From Nannocystales bacterium (GTDB taxonomy: Bacteria > Myxococcota_A > Polyangia > Nannocystales > Nannocystaceae), in the NCBI GenBank assembly GCA_050633305.1, contig JBOEGF010000018.1, forward strand, positions 704,001-768,000: DNA of 64,000 bases, given 5' to 3'. How positions within the stretch are numbered: the first letter of the stretch is position 1; each line of letters opens with the position of its first letter. Positions 10,547 through 21,484 of this stretch are shown here, one piece after another. The position numbers and the translations under genes are program-made. The notes beneath the pieces were generated by a model. The model did no database searches. It was not told the origin of the DNA and saw only the letters and a list, made by a program, of their open reading frames with translations.

Positions 10547-11673
10547 GCAAGAAGTCCGAACCCAAAGATCCCAAAGCGCAGCGCAACTCGGCCATCGATC
10601 TGGCGCTGGCCACCATCGAGAAGCAGTTCGGCAAGGGGTCGATCATGCGGCTCAACGACGGCAAGACGCCGGGGGGCGAGGTCAAGGTCGTCCCTACGGG
10701 CTGTCTCGCGCTCGACATCGCCACGGGCGTCGGCGGCTTTCCGCGCGGCCGGATCATCGAGATCTACGGACCGGAATCCTCGGGTAAGACCACGATGGCC
10801 CTGCACGCCATCGCAGAAGCCCAACGCATGGGCGGCGTCTGTGCCTTCATCGATGCCGAGCACGCGCTCGATGTTGGCTACGCACGCAAGATCGGTGTGG
10901 GCACCGACGACTTGCTCGTTTCTCAGCCGGACTACGGCGAGCAGGCGCTCGAGATCTGCGACATGCTGGTTCGTTCCGGCGCGGTCGACATCATCGTCGT
11001 CGACTCGGTCGCCGCGCTCACGCCCAAGGCCGAGCTCGAGGGCGACATGGGTGACAGCCACGTCGGTCTCCAGGCCCGGTTGATGAGTCAGGCGCTTCGA
11101 AAGCTGACCGGCTCGATCAACCGTAGCCGCACCATCGTCATCTTCATCAACCAGCTTCGGATGAAGATCGGGGTCATGTTCGGCAGCCCCGAGACCACCA
11201 CCGGTGGCAACGCGCTCAAGTTCTACGCTTCGATGCGCTTGGATATCCGTCGGATCGGCGCCATCAAGACCACCGACGCCGTTGTGGGCAACCGAACCCG
11301 GGTCAAGGTGGTGAAGAACAAGCTCGCGCCTCCGTTCCGCGAGGTCGAATTCGACATCACCTACGGTGAGGGCGTGAGTCGTGAGGGCATGCTCATCGAC
11401 CTGGGTGTCGAGACCAACGTGGTCGACAAAGCGGGCGCGTGGCTCTCGTACAAGGGCGAGCGCATCGGCCAGGGACGCGAGAACGCCAAGGTGTTCCTCA
11501 AGGAGCACCCCGAAATCTCGCAGCGTATCGAAGCCGAGGTCTTGGAGAAGAAAGGCCTCAAGGCCAAGGGCGAGGGCGACGCCGCGGCGGAAGAGCCTTC
11601 GGCACCCACCCCCGTGGAGAAGCCGGTCAAAGAGGTCAAGAGCCGCGGCGGCCGACTCCGGGCTCGCAACTGA
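10543..11673 (+). CDS. recA: Recombinase RecA
   Basis: [59 protein letters not shown]. Confidence 0.99.
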   Translation: MSKKSEPKDPKAQRNSAIDLALATIEKQFGKGSIMRLNDGKTPGGEVKVVPTGCLALDIATGVGGFPRGRIIEIYGPESSGKTTMALHAIAEAQRMGGVCAFIDAEHALDVGYARKIGVGTDDLLVSQPDYGEQALEICDMLVRSGAVDIIVVDSVAALTPKAELEGDMGDSHVGLQARLMSQALRKLTGSINRSRTIVIFINQLRMKIGVMFGSPETTTGGNALKFYASMRLDIRRIGAIKTTDAVVGNRTRVKVVKNKLAPPFREVEFDITYGEGVSREGMLIDLGVETNVVDKAGAWLSYKGERIGQGRENAKVFLKEHPEISQRIEAEVLEKKGLKAKGEGDAAAEEPSAPTPVEKPVKEVKSRGGRLRARN

Positions 11674-11680
11674 TCGGTTT

Positions 11681-11743
11681 CCGACAAGACCCTCGCCCCC
11701 AGCGCCTGTCGGTTCTGGGGGCGTTGCTCGTTTCCCTTGTCGG
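11681..11743. terminator. Stem-loop between convergent recA and radA
   Basis: cgcccccag/ctgggggcg (11694-11723) with outer ccgacaag/cttgtcgg. Confidence 0.6.
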
Positions 11744-11749
11744 CTTGGG

Positions 11750-13132
11750 TCAGGTCTCGAGGGCGAGCTCGAGCGCTTCACTGACGGTCTTGGGTGCGCG
11801 TACCTTCAAGCCCTTGGGGACCTTCGGAAGTTTTCCCGAGCTGCTGGGGGCGATGAGTGCCCGCTTGAAGCCGAGGCGCGCGGCTTCGGCGAGGCGGTTT
11901 TCGATGCGCGCCGCGTGGCGGAGTTCGCCGGTGAGGCCGATCTCGCCGATCGCAACCATGTCTCCTGGCATGGCGATGCGGCGGTGGCTGGAGGCGACCG
12001 CAAGCATCACCGCGAGGTCGGCCGCAGGTTCGAACAGCCGAACACCGCCGGTGACGTTCACAAACACGTCCTGATCCAGCACAAACTGTCCGCCGTGCCG
12101 GTCGAGCACCGCGAGCATCATGGCGAGGCGCGAAGGATCCACACCGACACTGTTGCGCCTGGGAGAGCCTCCCGGAGAGTTGGCCAGGAGCGCTTGGACC
12201 TCGAGCAACAGGGGGCGCGCGCCCTGCATCGAGACGGTGATGCAAGAGCCCGGTGCGTCGGTCGGCCGTTGCGCGAGGAAGGCCTCCGAAGGGTTGTGAA
12301 TCTCGCGAAGGCCCTCACCGGTCATCTCGAATACGCCCAACTCGAGCGTGCTTCCGAAGCGGTTCTTGGAGGCTCGCAGCAGTCGCGTGGCGCGGTCGTC
12401 GTCGCCTTCGAAGCCCAGCACGGTGTCGACCATGTGCTCGAGCAACCGCGGACCGGCGAGCTGACCGTCCTTGGTGATGTGGCCGACGATGACCACGGGG
12501 ACGTCGTGCTGCTTCGCGAAGCTGATCAGCTGCGTGGAGACGGCGCGGACTTGTCCGGTATTGCCTGGCAGGCCGTCGTTCTCGCTGCTGTAGACGGTCT
12601 GCACCGAGTCAACGACCAGTAGCTCGAGTTCGCCGGCCAGCGACAGCTCGCGTGCCGTACTGAGGATGGTCTCGGTTCGTGTCTCGGCGAGGAGAAGAAG
12701 CCGCTTGCCGTCGGCACCGAGACGTCGCGCCCGGCCGGCGATCTGCTGGAGCGACTCCTCGCCGCTGGCGTACAGCACCGACCGCTTCCCGTTTGCGAGC
12801 CGTGCTGCGACCTGCAGGAGAAGGGTGGACTTTCCGATACCGGGCGCGCCGCCCAACAGCACGACCGAGCCGGGGATGAACCCGCCTCCGAGCACGCGAT
12901 CGACCTCCTGCATCCCGGTGGTGACCCGCGCTTGTTCCTCCCCAACATCACTGAGCGCGACGGCCGCGGCTGTCGTTCCACTGGAGAGGACAACGCGGCC
13001 AGGGGTGGCCTCGGCGGGTTCCGTGACCTCTTCGATTGTGTTCCAAGCGCCACAGGAGGGGCACTTCCCGAACCACCCGGACTGGGTCGATTGGCACTCA
13101 GAGCAGATCCATTGCGACCGGGACTTCGCCAT
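11750..13132 (-). CDS. radA: DNA repair protein RadA/Sms
   Basis: CSEC..CPSC zinc finger, GAPGIGKSTLL, KNRFG, Lon-like C-terminus GEIGLTGELR. Confidence 0.98.
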   Translation of the reverse strand: MAKSRSQWICSECQSTQSGWFGKCPSCGAWNTIEEVTEPAEATPGRVVLSSGTTAAAVALSDVGEEQARVTTGMQEVDRVLGGGFIPGSVVLLGGAPGIGKSTLLLQVAARLANGKRSVLYASGEESLQQIAGRARRLGADGKRLLLLAETRTETILSTARELSLAGELELLVVDSVQTVYSSENDGLPGNTGQVRAVSTQLISFAKQHDVPVVIVGHITKDGQLAGPRLLEHMVDTVLGFEGDDDRATRLLRASKNRFGSTLELGVFEMTGEGLREIHNPSEAFLAQRPTDAPGSCITVSMQGARPLLLEVQALLANSPGGSPRRNSVGVDPSRLAMMLAVLDRHGGQFVLDQDVFVNVTGGVRLFEPAADLAVMLAVASSHRRIAMPGDMVAIGEIGLTGELRHAARIENRLAEAARLGFKRALIAPSSSGKLPKVPKGLKVRAPKTVSEALELALET

Positions 13133-13238
13133 CGCGGGACCCTAGCAGCCCCGATGTGGCCAGGCCACGGAAGCGGCGACTGGTCGGCAGGTGCCCCACA
13201 CCGACACTGTCTGTGCCGACCGGTGGTCGCGAGGAAGA

Positions 13239-14009
13239 CTACTGTGCGACGGGTTCGTCGAGTTCAGGGACAGCGTCCGCATCGTCGAGTGCGACTGCTG
13301 TCTCACCTGCTGGCGCTGGTGCGAGACCGGCTTGGGGAGCCGCGGAGAGCTCCGCCGCGGGTGCCTCGTCCTGCTCCGTGTTCTCTGCTTGGAAGGCGTC
13401 CTGGTCCAGCTGCGCCCGCGACGTCTTGCCCTTCTTGCGCCGACGACCCTTTTTGGGCTTGGACTGCGGTTTCTTGGACGTCGCGGACGGCCGGGCCAAG
13501 AGCATCGAAGGTCCGTGCCGGGCGACCATTTTCGCGAGGCTCTCTCGCTGCGGGGCGGAGAGCTTGGCGTGCATCGCTTCGAGGACACCCCGCGCGCTGT
13601 TGTCCATCTCGGCGCGGTGAGCCGTCGCGTCTTCGAAGGCCTCGTCGAGCGCCTCGGTGTCGAGCGTGTCTTCTGCGAGCTCCGCCGCGATCTTCGCGTG
13701 GGCTTCCGCGAGCCCCCTGCGCTGACTGCTGGTGTTCTTGCGGTGCTCCTTCACCATGCTCTTAAAGGATGCGAGCTGCGCCTCGTTGCAGTCGATCTTG
13801 GCGCACATCTTCCCTACACCCACGCCGCTCGAGTCCCCGGCCCGCGTCTTCTCGCGCTTTCGCTTGCCCTTGCGCTTCTTGCCTTTCTTGGCCTGCGCCG
13901 TCGCGTCGTCCTTGGCGTCGCCCTCGTCGCCCGCGAAGCCGAAGTACAGGACAACGACGAGCATCACGCCGCCGATCAGAAACCAGGTGTTACGCGATAG
14001 ACCCAACAT
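13239..14009 (-). CDS. Membrane-anchored Spy/CpxP-like (LTxxQ) periplasmic protein
   Basis: N-terminal TM helix; CNEAQ and LSAPQRESL motifs flanking a helical core; Lys/Arg-rich flanks. Confidence 0.55.
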   Translation of the reverse strand: MLGLSRNTWFLIGGVMLVVVLYFGFAGDEGDAKDDATAQAKKGKKRKGKRKREKTRAGDSSGVGVGKMCAKIDCNEAQLASFKSMVKEHRKNTSSQRRGLAEAHAKIAAELAEDTLDTEALDEAFEDATAHRAEMDNSARGVLEAMHAKLSAPQRESLAKMVARHGPSMLLARPSATSKKPQSKPKKGRRRKKGKTSRAQLDQDAFQAENTEQDEAPAAELSAAPQAGLAPAPAGETAVALDDADAVPELDEPVAQ

Positions 14010-14153
14010 GCAGACGCCCTGGGGGCTCCGATAGCATGTTTTTGGGGGCCGGTCTGGGCCCGGGCGCTACGAGTCCCTGCCGTCAACGCAAACGCCCGGC
14101 GGCCCCGAATCGCGTGGATGCGGAAGCGCCGGGCGGCAGAGGCGTAGACTCGG

Positions 14154-16148
14154 CTAGAACTTGATGCCGACTTGCGCCTGCAGCGTCTGCACCGCGCGAG
14201 CGTCTTCACGCCCGCCGTTGGCCAGGTTGCGGTTGAACGCACCGAGCGGGAAGAGAACGCCGTACTGGATCTGGAAGAAGATCGGCTCTCGCGCGTCGTG
14301 GTAACGCGCTGCGCCGTCGAGCTCGACGCCGTAGCTGAATCGGTTGCCGAGCGTGGACTGACGTTCGACGGCCATCGCGTACTCGATATCCGCCCGAGCG
14401 CTGAAGTGGTCGAAGAAGTAGAAGGCTGCCCACGGCTTGAAGTAGGCCGCGTTCGACACTGTGCCGAGAAGTTCGCGGAACAGCAGCAGATCGGTGTTGT
14501 AGGCCGGGTTGAACCGGAACTGGCTAAACCGACTGTTGTCGTTCTGATTGAGCGGCGAGGCCGGGTCGCTGTCCAGCGGGCTCGCGGTGTCACCCGTGGC
14601 GAAGCCGTGGTCGAAGCCGATGTGGAACCGGTCGTCGAAGAAGCCGTACTTGAACTCCAGCGCGTAACCGAAGTTGAGGATCGACTTCCGGTTGAGCCCG
14701 TCGCTGTTGAGCTCGTTCAGCGAGTTCTGCCCGTCGTCGAGGTCGCTGTCGAAGTCCCGAATCTGGAAACGACCGAAGGTGGCGGCCGCCTCGAGCTCGA
14801 CCCGAAGTGTGCGCCAGTTGACCCGCATCCACGCGTCCGGGGTGACCATCAACGCACGTCGCTGGACGAGGCTGTTGGTGTAGGTCTGGAAGTCGGAGAC
14901 ATCCTCGACGCTCGCGGAGCCGTAGGCGTCGTCGAGGTCTTGGTACCGCAGCCAGCCGATCACGCCGTAGTTGAACACCGGGTTGCCGAGCGAGAGCTTG
15001 CGCTTGAGCATCTCTGGCTCGTCGCGGCGTTCGATCGACGCGGCCCACTGATAGACATTGTCGAACTTCTCGGCGGAGAAGGCCTGGCCGATGGTCCCGC
15101 CTTCGCCGTACTCGGGCCCAAGCAGCTGAGCGGTCGTCGGACCACTGTTGGCCCAGTCCCAGCTCAGGCGGAGCTTGTGGGTCTTGCGACGGTCCTTGCC
15201 GAAGTCGAAGCCCAGGCGGACGGAGTCCACGGAGTCTCCGTGGTCTCGATCGAGCTGCTGGATGATGTCGTCCTTGGCCAGCTTGGAGTAGCCGTTGCCA
15301 CCGTTGGCAACCATTCCCATGCCCCATGACCACGGCATGCGGCCAAACTCGACCTGCAGACCCCACCCGAAGCGGATGTCCCCCCAGGCCCGCTTGACCA
15401 CGACCGAATCCTTGGTGCCCGTCACGCCGGAGGCGGGAGGGTCTTGGCTTCGGGTGTAGAGGTCGAGGGGCGCGTAGGGGTCGCTCCCCAACAACGAGTC
15501 GGGCGTGCTGCCGAGCACCACGTTGTCGAGGATGTCGACCTGGGTGTGTACGTGCACGGTGTCGGTGATGTGCAGCGAAGGCTCGAGGCGCAGGCGCATG
15601 TTCGCGCTCGCGAACCCTTGTCGCCTGTTGCATCGAGTCACCGCGCGCGCCGCTGAGACGCCGCCATCGAGGAGACGGTTGAGGCAGCTGGCATCGTTGG
15701 TGCCGATGATGTTCCCGTCCTCGTCGGTTTCTTGCGACTCCGCCGGGGGATCGAAGAACCGCTGAGGGCGGTCGCCGTCTTCGAGGGTGGCGGGCTCGAG
15801 CAGACCCAGGCCGAGCCGGTGGAAGTAGTCCCCCCGCATCCGCATGTATCCGTTGAGGTCGAACAGCTCGAGTCGGCGAAGTCGGCGAGGCGTGGCAGGG
15901 ACCGGCTCGATCGGGCGCAAGGCTTCTTTGTCCTTGGGCGCCTCCTCGGCAGGTCCTTCCTTCTTCTCTTTGCGACCGCCTCCTCCAGGAGGGGCACCGC
16001 CGGGTCCGATGGGCCCGCCGGGGCCTCCGGCTCCCGGTTGCGCTGCCGCAGTTGTACCGACCCCACCAAGGGCCCCGACCACGAATGACGTGGCCAGTAG
16101 AATGCTTCGAAACGCCGGTACAGGGCGCGAATTCCGGAACCTGGGCAT
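14154..16148 (-). CDS. TIGR04551-type myxobacterial outer-membrane beta-barrel protein
   Basis: Signal peptide; LNGYMRMRGDYF, ANMRLRLEP, DILDNVVLGSTPD, GRMPWSWGMGMVANGG, FRFNPAYNTDLLLFRE; C-terminal Phe. Confidence 0.8.
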   Translation of the reverse strand: MPRFRNSRPVPAFRSILLATSFVVGALGGVGTTAAAQPGAGGPGGPIGPGGAPPGGGGRKEKKEGPAEEAPKDKEALRPIEPVPATPRRLRRLELFDLNGYMRMRGDYFHRLGLGLLEPATLEDGDRPQRFFDPPAESQETDEDGNIIGTNDASCLNRLLDGGVSAARAVTRCNRRQGFASANMRLRLEPSLHITDTVHVHTQVDILDNVVLGSTPDSLLGSDPYAPLDLYTRSQDPPASGVTGTKDSVVVKRAWGDIRFGWGLQVEFGRMPWSWGMGMVANGGNGYSKLAKDDIIQQLDRDHGDSVDSVRLGFDFGKDRRKTHKLRLSWDWANSGPTTAQLLGPEYGEGGTIGQAFSAEKFDNVYQWAASIERRDEPEMLKRKLSLGNPVFNYGVIGWLRYQDLDDAYGSASVEDVSDFQTYTNSLVQRRALMVTPDAWMRVNWRTLRVELEAAATFGRFQIRDFDSDLDDGQNSLNELNSDGLNRKSILNFGYALEFKYGFFDDRFHIGFDHGFATGDTASPLDSDPASPLNQNDNSRFSQFRFNPAYNTDLLLFRELLGTVSNAAYFKPWAAFYFFDHFSARADIEYAMAVERQSTLGNRFSYGVELDGAARYHDAREPIFFQIQYGVLFPLGAFNRNLANGGREDARAVQTLQAQVGIKF

Positions 16149-16268
16149 GAAAGGCGCTGCACGCTATCAGCGCGTTGTCGCACCCGTCAACCGCGTTGGG
16201 ACCTCGTCGCAGCGGGGTGTGCGGTGCGTTCTGCGGGTCGCTCGTTGATGCCGTAGCCTGCGAGCGTC

Positions 16269-17333
16269 ATGACGAGCCCTTGGCAACCTGGACAGCTGTT
16301 GTTTGCTGGCTTCGAGGGCAAGAGCGTGCCCTCCGAGCTTGCGCGGTTGATCGAGCAAGGCCGAGTCGGCGGTGTGATCCTGTTCACTCGGAACCTCGGA
16401 GATCCCCGACACGTCGCGGGGCTGGTGTCGTCACTGCGCGCGTTGGCGCCGGAGCGTGCGCCGCTGACGGTCGCCGTCGACCAAGAGGGGGGGCGGGTGC
16501 AGCGGTTTCGATCGCCGTGGACGCAATGGCCACCCATGCGTCAGCTCGGCGATGTCGACGACCTGGAGCTGACCCGAGCGTTCGCCGACGCGATGGCATT
16601 GGAGCTGACGCAGCTGGGGATCGGCCTGAACTTCGCGCCGGTGATGGATGTCGACACGAACCCTGCGAACCCGGTGATCGGTGACCGCAGCTTTGGTGCC
16701 GACGCGGAACGTGTTTCACGACATGGGGTCGCGTTCATCGAACGGCTGCAGGCGCTGCAGATCGCGGCCTGTGCAAAACACTTCCCCGGCCACGGCGACA
16801 CCCATCAAGACTCGCATCTCGCCTTGCCGCGGCTTCCTCATTCCCTCGAGCGCTTGCAGCAGGTTGAACTCAAACCGTTCGTTGCGGCCGCGGAGGCGAA
16901 GGTTGCCGCGATGATGAGCGCGCACGTCGTCTTCGAGGCGGTGGATCCGAAACGTCCGGGCACGTTGTCTCCGCCGGTCATCGAGCTGCTCCGCGAAGAG
17001 ATCGGATTCGACGGGTTGGTGTTCAGTGACGACCTCGAAATGAAGGCGATCGCGGATCACTACACGCCCAAGCAATTCGTCGTCGGCGCCCTCAAGGCGG
17101 GGGTCGACGCTTTGCTCGTGTGCCGTTCGCTCGACCTGGTCACCGAAACCCTCTCGCGGCTCGAGGCGCTCCCCGACCCGACCATCGAGCGTGCCGTGGA
17201 ACGGATGGTGGCGTTCAAGGCCGCGTTCCCGCCGCCACCGATGCCCGACCCGAAGTCCCCTGCGGCTGTGCCGTACCCTGAGCACGAGGCGCTGGCGAAG
17301 CGTATTGCCGACGGCATCCCGCTTTCGCGGTAG
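16269..17333 (+). CDS. nagZ: Beta-N-acetylhexosaminidase (GH3)
   Basis: [34 protein letters not shown]. Confidence 0.93.
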   Translation: MTSPWQPGQLLFAGFEGKSVPSELARLIEQGRVGGVILFTRNLGDPRHVAGLVSSLRALAPERAPLTVAVDQEGGRVQRFRSPWTQWPPMRQLGDVDDLELTRAFADAMALELTQLGIGLNFAPVMDVDTNPANPVIGDRSFGADAERVSRHGVAFIERLQALQIAACAKHFPGHGDTHQDSHLALPRLPHSLERLQQVELKPFVAAAEAKVAAMMSAHVVFEAVDPKRPGTLSPPVIELLREEIGFDGLVFSDDLEMKAIADHYTPKQFVVGALKAGVDALLVCRSLDLVTETLSRLEALPDPTIERAVERMVAFKAAFPPPPMPDPKSPAAVPYPEHEALAKRIADGIPLSR

Positions 17334-17343
17334 GGTCCCGCCC

Positions 17344-18138
17344 GTGGACGCGTACCTCGACTTGCTCCGAGACGTACTCGACAACGGCGTCGAGCGTAGC
17401 GATCGAACCGGGACCGGCACGCTCGGCGTGTTCGGGAGACAGCTCCGCTTCGACTTGGAGGAGGGGTTCCCGCTGCTCACCACGAAGAAGGTGCACCTGC
17501 GCTCGATCGTTCACGAGCTGCTGTGGTTCCTGCGCGGTGACACCAACGTCGCGTACCTGCAGGAGCACGGGGTTCGGATCTGGAACGAGTGGGCTCGCGA
17601 GGACGGGGACCTCGGTCCGATCTATGGCAAGCAGTGGCGAGCCTGGGGGACGCCGAGCGGGGAGAGCATCGATCAGATCGCCAACGTTCTCGATCAGATC
17701 CAAAACAACCCCACCTCGCGCCGCATGATCGTCAACGCGTGGAACGTGGGCGAGCTGGCCGACATGGCGCTGTCGCCCTGCCATTGCCTGTTCCAGTTCT
17801 TCGTGGCCGAGGGCCGGCTGTCGTGCCAGCTGTATCAGCGCTCCGCGGATGTCTTCCTTGGCGTGCCGTTCAACATCGCCAGCTACGCGCTGCTGACCAT
17901 GATGATCGCGAGGGTGACCGGGCTGCGCCCCGGGGAGTTTGTGCACTCGTTCGGCGACACGCACCTGTATCTGAACCATGTCGAGCAGGCTCGGGAGCAG
18001 CTGACCCGGACGCCGCGCTCGTTGCCGGTCATGAAGATCCTGCGCACCCCGCCAACTCTCTTCGACTTCGAGTACGAGGACTTCGCGCTGGAGGGATACG
18101 ATCCTCTCCCACACATCAAGGCGGCGGTCTCGGTATGA
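17344..18138 (+). CDS. thyA: Thymidylate synthase
   Basis: [41 protein letters not shown]. Confidence 0.98.
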   Translation: MDAYLDLLRDVLDNGVERSDRTGTGTLGVFGRQLRFDLEEGFPLLTTKKVHLRSIVHELLWFLRGDTNVAYLQEHGVRIWNEWAREDGDLGPIYGKQWRAWGTPSGESIDQIANVLDQIQNNPTSRRMIVNAWNVGELADMALSPCHCLFQFFVAEGRLSCQLYQRSADVFLGVPFNIASYALLTMMIARVTGLRPGEFVHSFGDTHLYLNHVEQAREQLTRTPRSLPVMKILRTPPTLFDFEYEDFALEGYDPLPHIKAAVSV

Positions 18139-18629
18139 AGGTCTCGCTCATCGTCGGCCGCGCTCGCAACGGCGTGATCGGACGCGAGGGCGATCTTCCG
18201 TGGCGACTTCCGGCGGACTTGGCTCAGTTCAAGCGCCGCACCATGGGGCATCACCTCATCATGGGTCGTCGGACGTTCGAGTCGTTACCCGGGATCTTGC
18301 CCGGACGCCCACACGTCGTTCTGACTCGCGACCCCAGTTTCGAGCGGGACGGGGTCCGCGTCTGTTCGAGCCTCGATGCTGCCCTCGAGGTGGCGCGTGC
18401 TGCGGGCGACGACGAGGCCTTCGTGATCGGGGGCGGAGTTGTTTATCGGGAGGCGCTCAGCCTCGCTGACCGGGTGTATCTGACGCGGGTCCACGCCGAC
18501 GTTGAAGGCGACGTGACGTTCGACGAGCTCGACGCGACGCGTTGGGATGAGGTCGAGCGCGAAGACAAAGAAGCCGACGACCGCAACGCACACTCCTTCT
18601 CGGTGTGCGTGTACGAGCGCCGGCGCTGA
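18135..18629 (+). CDS. folA: Dihydrofolate reductase
   Basis: [38 protein letters not shown] overlap with thyA. Confidence 0.96.
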   Translation: MKVSLIVGRARNGVIGREGDLPWRLPADLAQFKRRTMGHHLIMGRRTFESLPGILPGRPHVVLTRDPSFERDGVRVCSSLDAALEVARAAGDDEAFVIGGGVVYREALSLADRVYLTRVHADVEGDVTFDELDATRWDEVEREDKEADDRNAHSFSVCVYERRR

Positions 18630-18691
18630 GGAACGGGCAGGCTGCTGCCGGCCTGGCCGGATCACCGTGGTGGTCCGGGGGCGTAGGAGGG

Positions 18692-19225
18692 CTACATGCC
18701 CGGGACGCCCTCGATCTTGACCTTGCCGTCCTTACCGACTTCAACCTTCGTACCGTCGGCACCCTTGATCGTGGTCTTGCCGTTTTTCGTCTTGACGACC
18801 GAGCCGTCCGCACCCTCGACGTCCGTGTTCCCGTCCTTGGTTTTTACGGCGTTGCCCTGGCCATCTTTGGCTTCGACGCCGCCCTTGCCGTCGACCTTGG
18901 CTTCGTTGCCCTGACCGTCCTTCGCGTCGACGGTCCCATCGGCACCGACCTTGACCGCGTTGCCTTGACCGTCGGCGGCCTTGATCGTGCCGTCGGCGCC
19001 GACCTTGACTGCGTTGCCCGCACTGTCCTTGGCTTCAGCACTGCCATCTGCGGCCGCGCCAACGGCAGCTGCGCCGTCCTTCTTGTCCGCGTCCTTTCCG
19101 GCCTTGCCGTCGTCCTTCTTCTCAGACTTCGTGGCGTCCTTGTCGGTCGCAGACTTGGCCGCGTCGTCGCAACCCCCCAACGAAAGCGCCAGAGCGAGGG
19201 TGGAAACACTAAGCAGTGTCTTCAT
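18692..19225 (-). CDS. Lipoprotein with ~17-aa (KDGQGNAVKVGADGT) repeats
   Basis: Lipobox LGGC; 4-5 imperfect beta-hairpin-like repeats. Confidence 0.8.
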   Translation of the reverse strand: MKTLLSVSTLALALSLGGCDDAAKSATDKDATKSEKKDDGKAGKDADKKDGAAAVGAAADGSAEAKDSAGNAVKVGADGTIKAADGQGNAVKVGADGTVDAKDGQGNEAKVDGKGGVEAKDGQGNAVKTKDGNTDVEGADGSVVKTKNGKTTIKGADGTKVEVGKDGKVKIEGVPGM

Positions 19226-19412
19226 GGCGGAAGCATACCCTCCGGTCGACCGGACGGTGGCGGGGCCGGCGCAGGTGTCGGTGCGGGTGTGCGACTGCCG
19301 GACGGCGATCCGTCCCATAGTGGGGACCTGTTTGGGACCTCTGGCTTTCGCCGCACGAGGGCATCACGGATACTCAAGGCGCCCACGATTTTTCTCGGGC
19401 GGGTAGGTGGCG

Positions 19413-20288
19413 ATGAGTGTGATGACCACGATGGCAGCGGGTTTGTTGGCGGCGGCAGTCCTTTCAGAGGGCTCACCACCTGCGCAGGAAGTCGGGCCTC
19501 CGGTTCTGACGGGTTCGCTCGAGACCGGACTCTACGCGGGGCAGCAGCCGGAGCAGGACGCGGTTGTCGCCTCGCCACGCTTGCAGCTCGGGGTTCGCGC
19601 GCGCCCGGAGGTCGAACTCAGGGTCTCGCTCGGCGTGGCTTCTCTCACCGCGCAACATCAGCGCGACGGCCGGGTCCGCGCACAAGGACCCGGCAACTTC
19701 GTCTTCGGCGCAGGCTGGGTGAGGGACGGACTGGATGAGCGACACCGAGGACACCTCGGGTTTGCGTTCTCCTTGCCCACCACACTCGACCCGAGTCCTC
19801 ACGTGCTCGATGCGCATCGCCTGGCCCGGGCCACTCGAGGTGGTTTGAACGCGTGGGAGTGGTCGCCCGCGACGATGGGCGTGCTGGTGCCCGTGGGTTG
19901 GTCGATGCATGAGCGGCGCTTCGACGTTGGCGTCGAGGGAGTCCTGGGCGGGCTGTTCTCGGCGGCGGGTGATCTCGATGACCCGGGGTTCGTTGGGCAG
20001 GTTCGCGGCGCGGCCGCAGTCCACGTCTGGAGAGCCCGACTGGGCGGGGCGTTGGCTGCCGTTTACAACGGCCGTGAAGAACTCGGTGCCGTGCAAACCA
20101 GCGTGCAGCCCTTCGTCGACCTCGCGTTGTGCCGGACAAAGCGACTCGCGACGTGTGGTCTCCACCTCGACGCGAGGGCGACCGTCAATGTGGACGCGCC
20201 GTATGGCTACGGACCCGAGGGCATGAGGGTCTGGGGGACCATCGTTGGCCTGCGGTGGACAGTCCGCGACCCACCGAGCGAGACGTAG
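19413..20288 (+). CDS. Secreted hypothetical protein, probable beta-barrel
   Basis: Hydrophobic N-terminus; alternating amphipathic strands ending VGLRW. Confidence 0.6.
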   Translation: MSVMTTMAAGLLAAAVLSEGSPPAQEVGPPVLTGSLETGLYAGQQPEQDAVVASPRLQLGVRARPEVELRVSLGVASLTAQHQRDGRVRAQGPGNFVFGAGWVRDGLDERHRGHLGFAFSLPTTLDPSPHVLDAHRLARATRGGLNAWEWSPATMGVLVPVGWSMHERRFDVGVEGVLGGLFSAAGDLDDPGFVGQVRGAAAVHVWRARLGGALAAVYNGREELGAVQTSVQPFVDLALCRTKRLATCGLHLDARATVNVDAPYGYGPEGMRVWGTIVGLRWTVRDPPSET

Positions 20289-20296
20289 TTCTCGAG

Positions 20297-20362
20297 CGAG
20301 TCCTTCGGGACTCGACCGATGGTTGGAGCCCGGATCGTTTTCGATTCGGGCTCTTTCGTTTG
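20297..20362 (+). terminator. cUUCGg hairpin followed by rho-independent terminator
   Basis: cgagtcc-ttcg-ggactcg (20297-20314); gagcccggatcg-tttt-cgattcgggctc + tttcgtttg. Confidence 0.6.
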
Positions 20363-20782
20363 TGCTCCGACGGACCTCAGATGCGTGGCGCGACGGCACA
20401 CACGGCGAACTGACCGAAGGCCCCCGAGCGTCGCTTCGAGCTTCGAAAAAACGCCTCGGCGACTGACCCTTCACCACTGCACACACGCGAGATGTTCGGA
20501 TGTTTCCTACAAAATCCGAAAAAGCTTAAACACCGCGTAGCGCTCGAAAGTGGACCCCTACAGGCATTTTCTCGAACGCGTTGCGCCACAGCACAACCCC
20601 GAGCTCCACGGGTTGCGGTGCGTGCTCATCCGTCTAAACTTTGTGGGCTTGGAGCAACCCACTTCCGTGTTGTCCGAATAGGACGACGGAGGTCGAGGCC
20701 CGCTTCCACCGCGAGCACAGATCCGGGAAAAAATCCCATCCTTCTTGAGAACCCGAGACGACAAACCTAGTCTGGAAACAAC

Positions 20783-21400
20783 ATGCGCGATTCGAAGCTG
20801 ACGTTGATGCTCATTGGACTCCTTGGAGGTGCCCTTGTGCCCGCCGGGTGTTTCATCACCACTGAATCTGACCGGTACACCGATACCGAGGGCGACGTGA
20901 ACCCTTCCGGTGGGGGCAGCGGATCGAATCCGTGTGAAGTGGGTGCGCCGGGCTGCCCGTGCACCAACTCCGGGACCTGCGACCCGAACCTTCAGTGCGT
21001 CGAGAACACATCCATCGGTGCCAGCTGGTGTTTGCTTCCCGACTGCACGGGCTCGCTCGGCTGTGAGTGCACGATGGGCGGCACCTGTGACACCGGGCTT
21101 CTGTGCGCCGACATCGGTTCCGACCCCGGCATCTGTGTCGACGACGACCCATGCCTCGATGTGGACATCGGCACCGAGGGCTGTCAGTGCACCCAGGGCG
21201 GAGGCTGCGATACCGCTTTGAGCTGCGTGTCCGGGCTTTGCGTGGACGTTCCCTCCAGCGGTACCAGCGGCTCCACCGATCCGACCGAAGGTCAGACCAC
21301 CTCCGGTGGTGACACCTCCAGCAGCACCAGCGGTGCGGACGAATCCAGCGGTGGCAGCGTGGACACCAGCGGCGGCGTCGCTCCCACCACGGGCAGCTGA
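20783..21400 (+). CDS. Cys-rich repeat lipoprotein (GxxGCxC repeats) with S/T-rich tail
   Basis: Lipobox PAGC; three CxxGxxGCxC..C..L.C modules. Confidence 0.8.
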   Translation: MRDSKLTLMLIGLLGGALVPAGCFITTESDRYTDTEGDVNPSGGGSGSNPCEVGAPGCPCTNSGTCDPNLQCVENTSIGASWCLLPDCTGSLGCECTMGGTCDTGLLCADIGSDPGICVDDDPCLDVDIGTEGCQCTQGGGCDTALSCVSGLCVDVPSSGTSGSTDPTEGQTTSGGDTSSSTSGADESSGGSVDTSGGVAPTTGS

Positions 21401-21484
21401 ACCTTCCATCGACGACTTTGACGCGTCAGCCGAGGCTCCGAGCGATTCGCTCGGGGCCTTCGTGCGTTTGTGGACCCCGCAGAA

